Shown piece after piece: positions 27,181 to 35,341 of a DNA stretch of 64,000 bases; the stretch's first letter is position 1; the number at the start of each line of letters is the position of its first letter. The DNA comes from Anaerolineae bacterium. Lineage in GTDB: Bacteria > Chloroflexota > Anaerolineae > S140-20. The notes under the pieces are model-generated. The model did not search any database, had not been told where the DNA came from, and saw only the letters and a list, made by a program, of their open reading frames with translations. The stretch covers positions 1 through 64,000 of the forward strand of contig JALUTT010000077.1 of NCBI GenBank assembly GCA_027021705.1, in the 5' to 3' direction. Both the position numbers and the translations under genes were made by a program.

Positions 27181-28455
27181 ATGAGACAGGAAGCTCAAGA
27201 GAGAACAGTCCCCGAACCGATCGAGTTGGACCTGACGACAATGGCCTATGGAGGAACCGCCCTGGGGCGCTACGAAGGACGGGCTGTCTTCGTCCCCTAC
27301 GCCATCCCCGGTGAGACGGTACGGGTGACCCTGGTCGAGGACAAACGTCGCTTCGCCTATGCCCGCTTGCTGGAGGTACTGGCCGAGTCGCCGGACCGAA
27401 TTCCCCCCCGCTGTCCTCACTTCGGTCCGGGACGCTGTGGCGGATGCCAGTGGCAGCACATCAACTATCCGGCCCAGCTGCGGTGGAAGCGGGAGGTGCT
27501 GCGCGATCAACTCCGGCGCATCGGCGGCTTCGAGGACCCGCCGGTTCTAGAGACCTTGCCCTCTCCCTCGCCTTGGGGCTATCGCAACCGCTTGACGCTC
27601 CACGCTCTCCCCGATGGCCGGCTGGGCATGTGGCGGGCCAACAGCCGTGAGATCGAGCCCATCCAGGAGTGTGCCATCGCCGACCCCCGTCTGATGAACC
27701 TGCTGCGTAGCCTAGATCTGGAACTGCCCGGCCTGCAGCGCCTGACCCTCCGGGCTGGTGCAGCCGAGGATGATCTGATGCTCGTCTTCGAGACGGAGAA
27801 CGATGACCCCCCCGCTCTGGAGGCGGATTTCCCCCTCTCCTGCGTCCTCCTGCTGGAGGATGGCACCCCGGTCAACCTGATCGGACGGAACTACGTGACC
27901 GAGATCGTGGCCAGCTACCCCTACCGGGTCACGGCGGGGCGTTTCTTCCAGGTCAACACCGGCGTGGCCGAGACCCTGCTCCGACTGGTGAGCGAGTGGC
28001 TGGCTCCCGATGAGACGATGACGGTGCTGGATGCTTACTGCGGCGTTGGCCTGTTCACCCTCCCCCTGGCTGAACGGGCCGGCTATGTCGTTGCCGTGGA
28101 GGCGGATCCCTGGGCCGTGGAGGACCTGCTTGTTAACACCGCTGACCAGGAGAACGTGGAGGTGATCGAAGGATCCGTGGAGGCGGTGCTGTCCGATCTG
28201 GATGTCACGTTCGATGGCGTGGTCGTGGACCCGCCCCGTGCCGGCCTGGATGTCGTCGTGGTGGAGGCTCTGGCCGGGATGCGGCCTGACCGAATCGTCT
28301 ACGTCTCCTGCGATCCGGCCACGCTAGCCCGGGACCTGAAGCGGCTCACCGACAACGGCTACCGGCTGGTCCAGGTGCAGCCGGTGGACATGTTCCCCCA
28401 GACCTACCACATCGAGAGCGTCAGCCTGCTGACCTGGGCAGGCCACGAAGGCTGA
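27181..28455 (+). CDS. rlmD: 23S rRNA (uracil-5)-methyltransferase RlmD/TrmA family with TRAM domain and Fe-S cluster motif
   Basis: AIPGETV TRAM motif, CPHF..CGGCQWQH, FFQVN, DAYCGVGLF, DPPRAG, YVSCDPATLARD, DMFPQTYHIE. Start uncertain (27181 or 27241). Confidence 0.92.
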   Translation: MRQEAQERTVPEPIELDLTTMAYGGTALGRYEGRAVFVPYAIPGETVRVTLVEDKRRFAYARLLEVLAESPDRIPPRCPHFGPGRCGGCQWQHINYPAQLRWKREVLRDQLRRIGGFEDPPVLETLPSPSPWGYRNRLTLHALPDGRLGMWRANSREIEPIQECAIADPRLMNLLRSLDLELPGLQRLTLRAGAAEDDLMLVFETENDDPPALEADFPLSCVLLLEDGTPVNLIGRNYVTEIVASYPYRVTAGRFFQVNTGVAETLLRLVSEWLAPDETMTVLDAYCGVGLFTLPLAERAGYVVAVEADPWAVEDLLVNTADQENVEVIEGSVEAVLSDLDVTFDGVVVDPPRAGLDVVVVEALAGMRPDRIVYVSCDPATLARDLKRLTDNGYRLVQVQPVDMFPQTYHIESVSLLTWAGHEG

Positions 28456-28497
28456 TGCCCCTTTCCCGACAGCTCGGACTTATGGAGGGTCAACTTG

Positions 28498-29502
28498 ATG
28501 ATCTGGTCACGTATCTGTGCAGGCAAATATAATCCTCGCGGCACCTTCACTGGAAACTGTAGATGCATTTTCGGGAGGATTCGATGGATTGTCCTCCTCC
28601 CGCTCCTTTTAGCCATCACCTTGCTGGCCGCTTGTAAACCGGGCCGGTCCTCTTCCTCTCCCGCCGAAGGGATGACCGCGCTGGTGTTGGAGGAGAGGCT
28701 CCCAGGGCCTCTCGCCTTCGTTTCGGATCGGGATGGAAACCCGGAGATCTATGTAGTGACGCCGGGGAAAGGCGCACCGATCAACCGATCCCAGAACCAG
28801 GCCGTTGATGCCCTCCCCGCCTGGTCGCCCGACGGCGAGTGGATTGCCTTCACCTCCAATCGGGATGGGAACCCGGAGGTCTACGTGATGCGGGCGGATG
28901 GCTCCGACGTAACTCGCCTGACGGACAACCCAACCTTCGATGGGACGCCGACCTGGTCGCCCGACGGGAAGTGGATCGCCTTTACCTCTGACCGAGATGG
29001 CAACTTCGAGGTCTACGTGATGCGGGCGGATGGGTCGGACCTAAGGAACCTGACCCAAAATCCAGCTCGGGACGGAGCGCCGGCCTGGTCGCCTGACGGG
29101 GAGTGGATCGCCTTTACCTCTGACCGGGACGGCAACCTGGAGGTCTACGTGATGAAGGCCGACGGGTCCGAGGTCACCCGCCTAACGGACAACGACGCTT
29201 TCGAAGGCATGCTTGCCTGGTCGCCTGATGGGGAGCGGATCGCCTTTACGTCTGACCGGGATGGCAACTTCGAGATCTACGTGATGAAGGCCGACGGGTC
29301 GGAGCCGAAAAACCTGACCCAAAATCCAGCCCGAGATGGAGGGCCGGCCTGGTCGCCTGATGGCGAGTGGATCGTCTTCACCTCCGATCGGGATGGCAAT
29401 CCAGAGCTCTACCTGGTCAGAGCCGATGGCTCGGAGCAGGTCCGCCTGACGGACAGCCCATCGGTGGAGAGCAATCCCACCTGGGGACCATTGGGAGGGT
29501 AA
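28498..29502 (+). CDS. TolB-like beta-propeller (PD40 repeat) lipoprotein
   Basis: Lipobox LAAC; five to six repeats of WSPDG.WIAFTSDRDGN.EVYVM; start uncertain. Confidence 0.85.
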   Translation: MIWSRICAGKYNPRGTFTGNCRCIFGRIRWIVLLPLLLAITLLAACKPGRSSSSPAEGMTALVLEERLPGPLAFVSDRDGNPEIYVVTPGKGAPINRSQNQAVDALPAWSPDGEWIAFTSNRDGNPEVYVMRADGSDVTRLTDNPTFDGTPTWSPDGKWIAFTSDRDGNFEVYVMRADGSDLRNLTQNPARDGAPAWSPDGEWIAFTSDRDGNLEVYVMKADGSEVTRLTDNDAFEGMLAWSPDGERIAFTSDRDGNFEIYVMKADGSEPKNLTQNPARDGGPAWSPDGEWIVFTSDRDGNPELYLVRADGSEQVRLTDSPSVESNPTWGPLGG

Positions 29503-29546
29503 GGTGACGGAGCCGCAAGTTGACCGGTCTAGAGGGAGCTGCACCG

Positions 29547-30467
29547 ATGAATGACGTGGTTCTTCGCATCGAAGGGCTGACCAAGTTCTACGGTCCCGTC
29601 CGAGCGCTGCATGACCTGACCCTCAGCGTCCGACGGGGGGAGGTTTACGGCTTCCTAGGGCCAAATGGGGCCGGCAAGACGACGACGGTCTCCCTCATCC
29701 TAGGGCTGATACGCCCTACGGCCGGCCGCATCGAGTTGTTGGGCCACGATACCCGTCGGGGCCGGCGCAAGGTCCTGCGTCGGGTGGGGGCTATCGTCGA
29801 GCGGCCCGCTTTCTACCCGCACCTCTCCGGGGCCGACAACCTGCGGGTGGCCGCGTGGGAGCTGGGCGGCGTCCCTGAAGTCCGGATCGCGCAACTTCTG
29901 GAGCGGGTGGGGCTAGCGGATCGGGCCGATGACAAGGTGAAAGGCTACTCCACCGGGATGGTCCAGCGGCTGGGGCTGGCCGCTGCCCTCCTCAACGAGC
30001 CCGAACTCCTTTTCCTCGATGAGCCCACCAGCGGGCTGGATCCGGCGGGCCAGGCAGAGATCAGGACCTTGATCCGCGAGCTGGCTGAAGAGGGCGTGAC
30101 GGTTTTCCTCTGCAGCCACCTGCTCCACGAGGTTGAGCAGGTCTGCCACCGGGTGGGCATTCTGAACAAGGGGGAGTTGATCGCCGAGGGGGCGGTGGAG
30201 GAGTTGCTCCGGCGGAAAGAGGTCATCCAGGTCCGCGTCGCCGACCTGGAACGGGCAGCGGCCCTCCTGCGCCGGCTGGCCTGGGTGCGGGAGGTCCGCC
30301 GGGAGGACGACCGGCTGCTGGTGGAGGCTCCCATCGCCCGCTCCGCCGAGGTGAACGCTGCCCTGGCCCGTCGGGGTCTCTACGCTTCGGAGATCCGCCC
30401 GCTGGAGACGACGCTAGAGGCCTTTTTCCTGCAGGTCACCCAGGAGGAGGCAGACAATGGTTCGTAA
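29547..30467 (+). CDS. ABC-2 type exporter ATP-binding protein
   Basis: GPNGAGKTT, YSTGMVQRLG, LDEPTSGLDP, SHLLHE. Confidence 0.92.
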   Translation: MNDVVLRIEGLTKFYGPVRALHDLTLSVRRGEVYGFLGPNGAGKTTTVSLILGLIRPTAGRIELLGHDTRRGRRKVLRRVGAIVERPAFYPHLSGADNLRVAAWELGGVPEVRIAQLLERVGLADRADDKVKGYSTGMVQRLGLAAALLNEPELLFLDEPTSGLDPAGQAEIRTLIRELAEEGVTVFLCSHLLHEVEQVCHRVGILNKGELIAEGAVEELLRRKEVIQVRVADLERAAALLRRLAWVREVRREDDRLLVEAPIARSAEVNAALARRGLYASEIRPLETTLEAFFLQVTQEEADNGS

Positions 30468-31350
30468 CCTTCGCGTCGAACTGCTCAAGCTGCGCAAGCG
30501 CTGGCTGACCTGGATTGTCCTGCTGATCCTGGTCTCCAGCGCCATCATCCTTCCGGGTATGCTCCTCGCCATCCTCAAGATGGGGGATCGCCTGCCGGGG
30601 GCCCAGCCGATGCCTCCTGCCATCGCAGCCCAGTTGGAGCAGGCGCTGCTTCTCCCCGATGGCGTGGGCTTCCTCCTGAGTTTGATCGGGGGGAGCAATG
30701 GGATGGGGATGCTCCTCTTCGTTATCCTAGCCGGCGTCAGCGTGGGAAACGAGTACACCTGGAAGACGGTGCGGGCATCGCTGGTCCGGGGCCGAGGTCG
30801 GTGGGACTTCCTGCTGACCAAGCTGGTGGCCATCCTGCTTCTGATGGGGGTGGGTTTCCTGCTGACGATGGCGGTGGGGATTCCCTACCTGGGGTTGCTC
30901 ACCGCCGCCAGCCGGGGTCAACTCGATCTGAGCTTTCTGACGGCCTCCTTCGTGGGCGAGGTCCTGCTGGGGGTCCTGCGCACCGGCTACGCCCTGGTCC
31001 CCTATATCTTGCTGGCGATGCTGCTGGCGGTGGTCGGACGGTCCCCCTGGATCGGCGTGGGGGTCACCCTGGCCTACGCCCTGCTGGTGGAGGGGATGGC
31101 GCTCCAGTTGTTGGTGCTGGTGGGCCGGCCCTGGAGCCAGCTCTACCGCTTCTCACTGGGGGGCAACGTGACCGGCCTGATGGCGGCCAACCCGGGTGGA
31201 CAAGCCCTCGCAGGAGGCGAGCTGGGGGGGATGGACGCACTCCTGAACCTGCCTTCGGCCAACCAGGCGGCACTGGTGCTGGCCCTCTACAGCCTTCTCT
31301 TCCTGGCGGGGATGTTGGTCGTCTTCCAGCGCCAGGAGATCACGCCTTGA
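30457..31350 (+). CDS. ABC-2 type exporter permease
   Basis: ELLKLRKR N-terminus, GNEYTWKT motif, ~6 TM helices, FQRQEI C-terminus; overlaps the ATPase gene. Confidence 0.85.
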   Translation: MVRNLRVELLKLRKRWLTWIVLLILVSSAIILPGMLLAILKMGDRLPGAQPMPPAIAAQLEQALLLPDGVGFLLSLIGGSNGMGMLLFVILAGVSVGNEYTWKTVRASLVRGRGRWDFLLTKLVAILLLMGVGFLLTMAVGIPYLGLLTAASRGQLDLSFLTASFVGEVLLGVLRTGYALVPYILLAMLLAVVGRSPWIGVGVTLAYALLVEGMALQLLVLVGRPWSQLYRFSLGGNVTGLMAANPGGQALAGGELGGMDALLNLPSANQAALVLALYSLLFLAGMLVVFQRQEITP

Positions 31351-31359
31351 AGGAACCCG

Positions 31360-31723
31360 ATGGGCAAGCGGCGACTTCCCTTCTTCTGGGACTACGATCT
31401 AGGGGAAGAGGACCTGCGGGCGATCCTGGTCGGTGACGACGAGGAGCGCAAGGTGTGGGTCATCAGCCGCCTCCTCAACGCAACTCCCTGGGATGAGATC
31501 TGGACGTACCTCACGGTGGATGACATCGGTGCTCACTTCCCCCGACTGCGGTTCCGGTCATCTCGCCTGCGGGAGCTGTGGGCCCACGCCGGCGATGCGA
31601 CAGGTCCGCAGGATTCGGGACCGACCCGTGATGCTCAAGTCCGTGGATTGGGAGGCGCTGGTCGCCTTCTACGAAGAGTTGGCGGATCACCTGCTGGCCT
31701 GGCATAGGCTGCCATCGTCGTGA
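31360..31723 (+). pseudogene. Probable deletion remnant of a toxin-antitoxin pair: small FWDY-motif protein joined out of frame to the C-terminal tail of a nucleotidyltransferase-like toxin
   Basis: MGKRRLPFFWDYDL...ELWAHA loses protein-like character at ~31590, where another frame gives AMRQVRRIRDRPVMLKSVDWEALVAFYEELADHLL. Family identity is by resemblance only. Confidence 0.5.
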
Positions 31724-31802
31724 GCGGTCGGGCCTGGTGGAATGGCGACCCGGGGAGCGCCGAGAGGCGCGCCTGGTCTGGGTCGCCTGGAGGGGAGGGG
31801 CA

Positions 31803-32516
31803 TTGCTGACGTTCACCCTGGTTCTGGAGGTTGTGGTCCTGCTGGCTCTGCCGGTGGCTGTGGGCTTCTGGATGCGCCGGCGGTTGGGGACGGCCTGGGG
31901 GCTCTTCTTCAGCGGGGCCCTGGCCTACGTAGCGGCCCAGATGGTGAGCGCAGTCCTTGGGTCGCCGCTTCTGGGGGGGCTTCCGGCAGGGCCGGCCGGG
32001 GGCCTCATCGCCGCCCTGGTCGCTGCCCTGGCCCAGGAGATGGCCCGCTACGGCCTCTACCGCTTTTTCTTGCGAGATGTGCGAGCCGGGCGGGAGGCGT
32101 TGATGGTAGGGGCCGGCCACGGCGGCGCCGAGATGGTGATCATCGGGCTCCTTCTGCTGCTGACCCTGTTTCAGTTCCTCTCCTTCCGAAATGCTGATCT
32201 GACGATGCTGGACCTGTCTCCCGAAGAGCAGGACCAGATTCGTCAAATTGTGGCCGATTTCTGGACGACACCCTGGTTTGTCCCCCTTCTCCGGCTGCTC
32301 CATCAGCTCCTCATCGCTCCCTTTCACCTGGTGGCCTCCCTCTTCGTGATGTGGTCGGTGACCCAGCGGCGCTGGGATTACCTGGCGGGGATGGTGGGAT
32401 TGCACTTGCTGCTCTACCTGAGCCAAGGGCTTGGCCCCATCAGTGCCCTGACGGTAGCCGGTCTCTTCGCCGCAGGGAGTCTTGCCTACCTGCGTCATCA
32501 CTGGTCGGCTTTCTGA
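31803..32516 (+). CDS. YhfC/PrsW-like intramembrane glutamic/metallo-protease family protein
   Basis: Multi-TM protein with QEMARY, GAGHGGAE and APFH motifs; GGAGG RBS before the TTG at 31803. Confidence 0.7.
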   Translation: MLTFTLVLEVVVLLALPVAVGFWMRRRLGTAWGLFFSGALAYVAAQMVSAVLGSPLLGGLPAGPAGGLIAALVAALAQEMARYGLYRFFLRDVRAGREALMVGAGHGGAEMVIIGLLLLLTLFQFLSFRNADLTMLDLSPEEQDQIRQIVADFWTTPWFVPLLRLLHQLLIAPFHLVASLFVMWSVTQRRWDYLAGMVGLHLLLYLSQGLGPISALTVAGLFAAGSLAYLRHHWSAF

Positions 32517-32534
32517 GGTTTCACGTGAAACCTC
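32515..32534. promoter_or_regulatory. parS centromere-like site
   Basis: 20-bp perfect palindrome GAGGTTTCACGTGAAACCTC containing the 14-bp core of the TGTTTCACGTGAAACA consensus. Confidence 0.75.
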
Positions 32535-32542
32535 GCGGTGTG

Positions 32543-32636
32543 CCCTCCCGCAGGTTCCCCCCGGCCCGAAGCGCGTTATCGGTAGCCTCCGATAAGCCAT
32601 GGCGGTCGCCGGGCCCCGCGGGACCTGCGGGAGGGT
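32543..32636. repeat. Diverged relative of MITE family B (same inverted arms, different interior)
   Basis: CCCTCCCGCAGGT (32543-32555) and ACCTGCGGGAGGGT (32623-32636) are 67 bp apart, versus 69 bp in MITE-B. Confidence 0.6.
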
Positions 32637-32653
32637 GAGCGAGTTGATCGTAG

Positions 32654-32682
32654 TTGACAGGACGGTCATTCCGTGGTAGAAT
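32654..32682 (+). promoter_or_regulatory. Strong sigma70-type promoter
   Basis: TTGACA-17bp-TAGAAT with a TG extension. Confidence 0.75.
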
Positions 32683-32688
32683 TCTATG

Positions 32689-32773
32689 CGTAGGACGCAG
32701 TAAGTTCCCTGGTACGGCTGTACATACAAAGTGCAAGACCGCTCAGGCGACTTACTCGCCTGAGCGGTTTCTT
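32689..32773 (+). ncRNA. Candidate ~85-nt small RNA or attenuated leader
   Basis: Lies between a consensus promoter and a 13-bp-stem terminator; no credible ORF; not matched to an RNA family I recognise. Confidence 0.4.
32738..32773 (+). terminator. Intrinsic terminator-like hairpin
   Basis: ACCGCTCAGGCGA-cttac-TCGCCTGAGCGGT followed by TTCTT. Confidence 0.7.
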
Positions 32774-32927
32774 ATCCGGGTGGGACTCCCTGCGTTCCTG
32801 GCCGATTTCCGTCTTCGTTAGCACGCCTGAGCCGAGGGTCGGCGTGATGAGAGACGCGATCCTGAGGGGAGAAGTATATCCTGGGCGCTGTGCGTGCTAA
32901 CCCGTTTTTTTTCTTAAGGAGGGTAGA

Positions 32928-33404
32928 GTGACAGATCCACAAACCGTTCAAGATGACGTCGTCGTCAGCCTGGAGTACACGGTTCGGCTGAACGATGGCA
33001 GCATCGTTGACAGCTCTGTAGGGCGAGAGCCTTTGCAGTTCCTGCAGGGCCACGGCCAGGTAATCGAGGGATTGGAGCAAGAGATCCACGGAATGCGTGT
33101 GGGTGAGACCAAGAAGTTCGTCGTGACCGCCGCCAGGGCTTACGGCGAGCGCATCCCTGAAGCAATGGAGTGGGTGCCCCGTGCGGCCTTCCCGGCAGGC
33201 ATGGACCTGGAGCCCGGGATGGGCTTCCGACTGCAGACCGCCTCGGGCGAGAGCATCGTCGCCTATGTGCGGGAAGTATTGCCCGATCGAGTGCTGATGG
33301 ACTTCAACCATCCCCTGGCAGGGGAGGACCTTCACTTCGAGGTGACGATCACAGGGTTGCGTGCGGCAACCTCCGAGGAACTCGCTCACGGCCACGTCCA
33401 CTGA
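32928..33404 (+). CDS. slyD: FKBP-type peptidyl-prolyl isomerase SlyD with a short His tail
   Basis: VVSLEYTV, PLQFLQGHGQVIEGLE, AYGE, DFNHPLAG, ELAHGHVH; AGGAGG RBS. Confidence 0.93.
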   Translation: MTDPQTVQDDVVVSLEYTVRLNDGSIVDSSVGREPLQFLQGHGQVIEGLEQEIHGMRVGETKKFVVTAARAYGERIPEAMEWVPRAAFPAGMDLEPGMGFRLQTASGESIVAYVREVLPDRVLMDFNHPLAGEDLHFEVTITGLRAATSEELAHGHVH

Positions 33405-33540
33405 GCCAGGAGATCGAAGCGGCATCTCTCTGGTGTGTGAGCCTGCACGCCCATCGAATCGGCAGGGTGTAAGGATCTCCACCAGGATGCAAAGTGCTAA
33501 CGTCAGTCTTGTTTGAATTTTCAACTAAGGGGGTTAAGCT

Positions 33541-33756
33541 ATGTTTGGCGAGCGCATCACCGGAACCGTCAAGTGGTTCGACGAGAAGAAGGGCTACGGC
33601 TTCATCCAGCGGGATGACGGCCAACGCGATGTCTTCGTCCACTTCACGGCAATCCAGGCTCAGGGCTTTCGGAAGTTGCTCGAAGGTGATCGGGTAGAGT
33701 TCAGCGTTGAACAGGACCCACGGGGCCCCAAAGCTGTGAACGTCGTCCGACTCTGA
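33541..33756 (+). CDS. Cold-shock protein (CspA family)
   Basis: [15 protein letters not shown] (RNP1) and DVFVHFTAI (RNP2). Confidence 0.96.
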   Translation: MFGERITGTVKWFDEKKGYGFIQRDDGQRDVFVHFTAIQAQGFRKLLEGDRVEFSVEQDPRGPKAVNVVRL

Positions 33757-33787
33757 GTTCAGAAGTTCCGTAACCAGTTTAAATCGA

Positions 33788-33818
33788 AAGGCCGCCTCCT
33801 CCAGCAGGGGGCGGCCTT
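33788..33818 (+). terminator. Terminator-like hairpin after the cold-shock gene
   Basis: AAGGCCGCC...GGCGGCCTT inverted repeat. Confidence 0.6.
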
Positions 33819-33964
33819 CCTGTATCGGCCCCTTGAGAGGCTTGAAGATGCTTCTGAAAGGGTAGCGGTTGCCTTTCAGGACCGCTTTCCAGACCTCGGA
33901 AATCTCCAGAATTAAGGCATTGACGAGCCCTGTAGGATGACGGGGGGGCGGAGGGGCTGAAGAC

Positions 33965-33992
33965 TTGTCAAAGTGGGAAACTGTGGTAGAAT
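33965..33992 (+). promoter_or_regulatory. Promoter of tRNA-Lys
   Basis: TTGTCA-16bp-TAGAAT with a TG extension, 16 bp upstream of the tRNA. Confidence 0.7.
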
Positions 33993-34008
33993 ATTAAGCG
34001 CTCCGGTT

Positions 34009-34082
34009 GGCCCGCTAGCTCAATTTGGCAGAGCAGGGGACTCTTAATCCCTTGGTTGCAGGTTCGAGTCCTGCGCGGGTCA
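34009..34082 (+). tRNA. tRNA-Lys (anticodon CTT); CCA not fully encoded
   Basis: Acceptor GGCCCGC/GCGGGTC, D arm TAGCTCAATTTGGCAGAGC, anticodon arm GGGGA-CTCTTAA-TCCCT, T arm GCAGG-TTCGAGT-CCTGC. Confidence 0.97.
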
Positions 34083-34085
34083 CCT
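34041..34085 (+). repeat. attL: 45-bp core (3' half of tRNA-Lys)
   Basis: CTCTTAATCCCTTGGTTGCAGGTTCGAGTCCTGCGCGGGTCACCT, identical to 46589-46633. Confidence 0.96.
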
Positions 34086-34117
34086 GTAAACGCACCCTAA
34101 CCCGAAAGGGGGTGCCT

Positions 34118-34366
34118 ATGCCCAGACGGGTAGCTACCCTGGTGGACTGGGCTTTTGCCCCTGACTGGCTCACCGTCGAGAAGGCCGCCGAACTAACCGG
34201 CTACACCGAGGACTTCATCCGCTGGCTGATCCAGGATGGGGGCGTAGAAGTGAAGCAACAAGGCGATACGTGGCTCATCGAGAAGGCCAGTCTGCGTGAG
34301 TACCGGGACGCACTGCTGGAAACGCTCCAGTTGCAGCGTGACCTGGGGCTTGAGTCCGATGACTGA
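34118..34366 (+). CDS. Excisionase-like HTH DNA-binding protein 1
   Basis: WLTVEKAAELTGYTEDFIRWLIQDG..WLIEKASL, typical of the HTH_17/Xis pattern; adjacent to attL. Confidence 0.78.
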   Translation: MPRRVATLVDWAFAPDWLTVEKAAELTGYTEDFIRWLIQDGGVEVKQQGDTWLIEKASLREYRDALLETLQLQRDLGLESDD

Positions 34367-34387
34367 GCCGGTGTAGCGCTGCACCCC

Positions 34388-34420
34388 AGGCCCCACCATC
34401 GGCAGGTGGGGCTTTGCTTT
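34388..34420 (+). terminator. Intrinsic terminator after xis-like gene 1
   Basis: AGGCCCCACC-7nt-GGTGGGGCTT followed by TGCTTT. Confidence 0.65.
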
Positions 34421-34506
34421 GTCTCGGAAAACGCTCCCCCCGGCCTTCCTGAAAGGGGGAGGACGGAGCGAAAAAAATTTTCCCCAGAAAAGTACCTATG
34501 GGTCCC

Positions 34507-34658
34507 CTGACTGGTGACACTGGTGACACTGGTGACACCGAGAAACTTAAGCGTAAATGTTTCCTTTATAAAGTGTCTTCTCCCAGGAGAAAGCCTGTCA
34601 CCAGTTGACACAAAAACTGGTGACAGGACTGGTGACACCGGTGACAAAACCGGTGACA
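34507..34658 (+). repeat. Left iteron/AT-rich block (origin-like); inverted copy of 45173-45313
   Basis: Three tandem CTGGTGACA, an AT-rich spacer, one inverted TGTCACC and four further GGTGACA; about 7 differences in ~141 bp from the reverse complement of the right block. Confidence 0.9.
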
Positions 34659-34705
34659 AGACCGGGAGGAGAGCCATCACCGGCCTTCACCCTTTGTACC
34701 CTGGA

Positions 34706-34741
34706 AAAGCCTTCAAAGTCTTCAAAGCCTTCAAAGCCTTC
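34706..34741 (+). repeat. Four tandem 9-mers AAAG(C/T)CTTC
   Basis: AAAGCCTTC AAAGTCTTC AAAGCCTTC AAAGCCTTC. Confidence 0.85.
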
Positions 34742-34758
34742 ACCGGCCGTTGGCTGCA

Positions 34759-34992
34759 ATGGGCAAAGACTTCGACCCGACCGAATGGATCACCACCAAA
34801 GAGGCTGCCGAGTTGACGGGGTACCACGTTGTCCATATCCGTCGGCTTGCGAAAGCTGGCCGTATCAGGGGGATAAAGCGTGGACGCGATTGGTGGGTAG
34901 AGCGCGAGAGTGTACAGGCTTACGTTGAGGAGATGGAGCGGTTGGGCTCCGCCAAGCATGATCCTCGGCGGGTAGGCGTCCGTCAGAGATGA
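34759..34992 (+). CDS. Excisionase-like HTH DNA-binding protein 2
   Basis: WITTKEAAELTGYHVVHIRRLAKAGRIRGIKRGRDWWVERESV. Confidence 0.8.
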   Translation: MGKDFDPTEWITTKEAAELTGYHVVHIRRLAKAGRIRGIKRGRDWWVERESVQAYVEEMERLGSAKHDPRRVGVRQR

Positions 34993-34993
34993 G

Positions 34994-35022
34994 TTGACAC
35001 CCTCTTTTTTTTGTGGTATACT
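34994..35022 (+). promoter_or_regulatory. Near-consensus sigma70 promoter driving the element's main operon
   Basis: TTGACA-17bp-TATACT with a TG extension. Confidence 0.8.
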
Positions 35023-35108
35023 GTGTTCGCACGGGAACGGTCCTATCCCGTTTCTTTTTCCGGCTAAGTTAGTTCTCCAGAGAACACACACCAGCGAGGG
35101 AAATAGCG

Positions 35109-35330
35109 ATGTACTTGGGATACTGGGCAGAAGAGGTTTACCCCCGCCCGCTGGAGGACGATGGGCTTTGTGGGGAATGCGGCCGGCGACCGGCATCCTG
35201 GGGTGATTGGTTGTGCCCTCGGTGCCGCCGGCGGCTGGAGGAATCCCTGGCCCCGGATGCCGACGATACCGTCCAGAATGCCCCTGAGAGGCCCCAGGAG
35301 GCCCCAGGAGCGGCTTTTTCGGCAGAATAG
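35109..35330 (+). CDS. Small Zn-finger-like hypothetical protein
   Basis: CGEC...CPRC; GAGGG RBS; first ORF after the promoter. Confidence 0.55.
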   Translation: MYLGYWAEEVYPRPLEDDGLCGECGRRPASWGDWLCPRCRRRLEESLAPDADDTVQNAPERPQEAPGAAFSAE

Positions 35331-35341
35331 GAGGGAGAACC

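Noticed and set aside
28700..29490. ~132-bp direct repeats resembling an array or DGR template/variable repeats
   Set aside because: They are in-frame PD40 propeller blades; differences are not adenine-specific by eye and no reverse transcriptase is present.
34025..34117. TTG start at 34025 for xis-like gene 1
   Set aside because: Lies inside the tRNA; the ATG at 34118 has an SD-like sequence and gives a typical Xis length.
34507..34741. Short repeat arrays as a possible CRISPR array
   Set aside because: Units are 9-13 bp with no unique 30-40 bp spacers, and there are no cas genes in the window.
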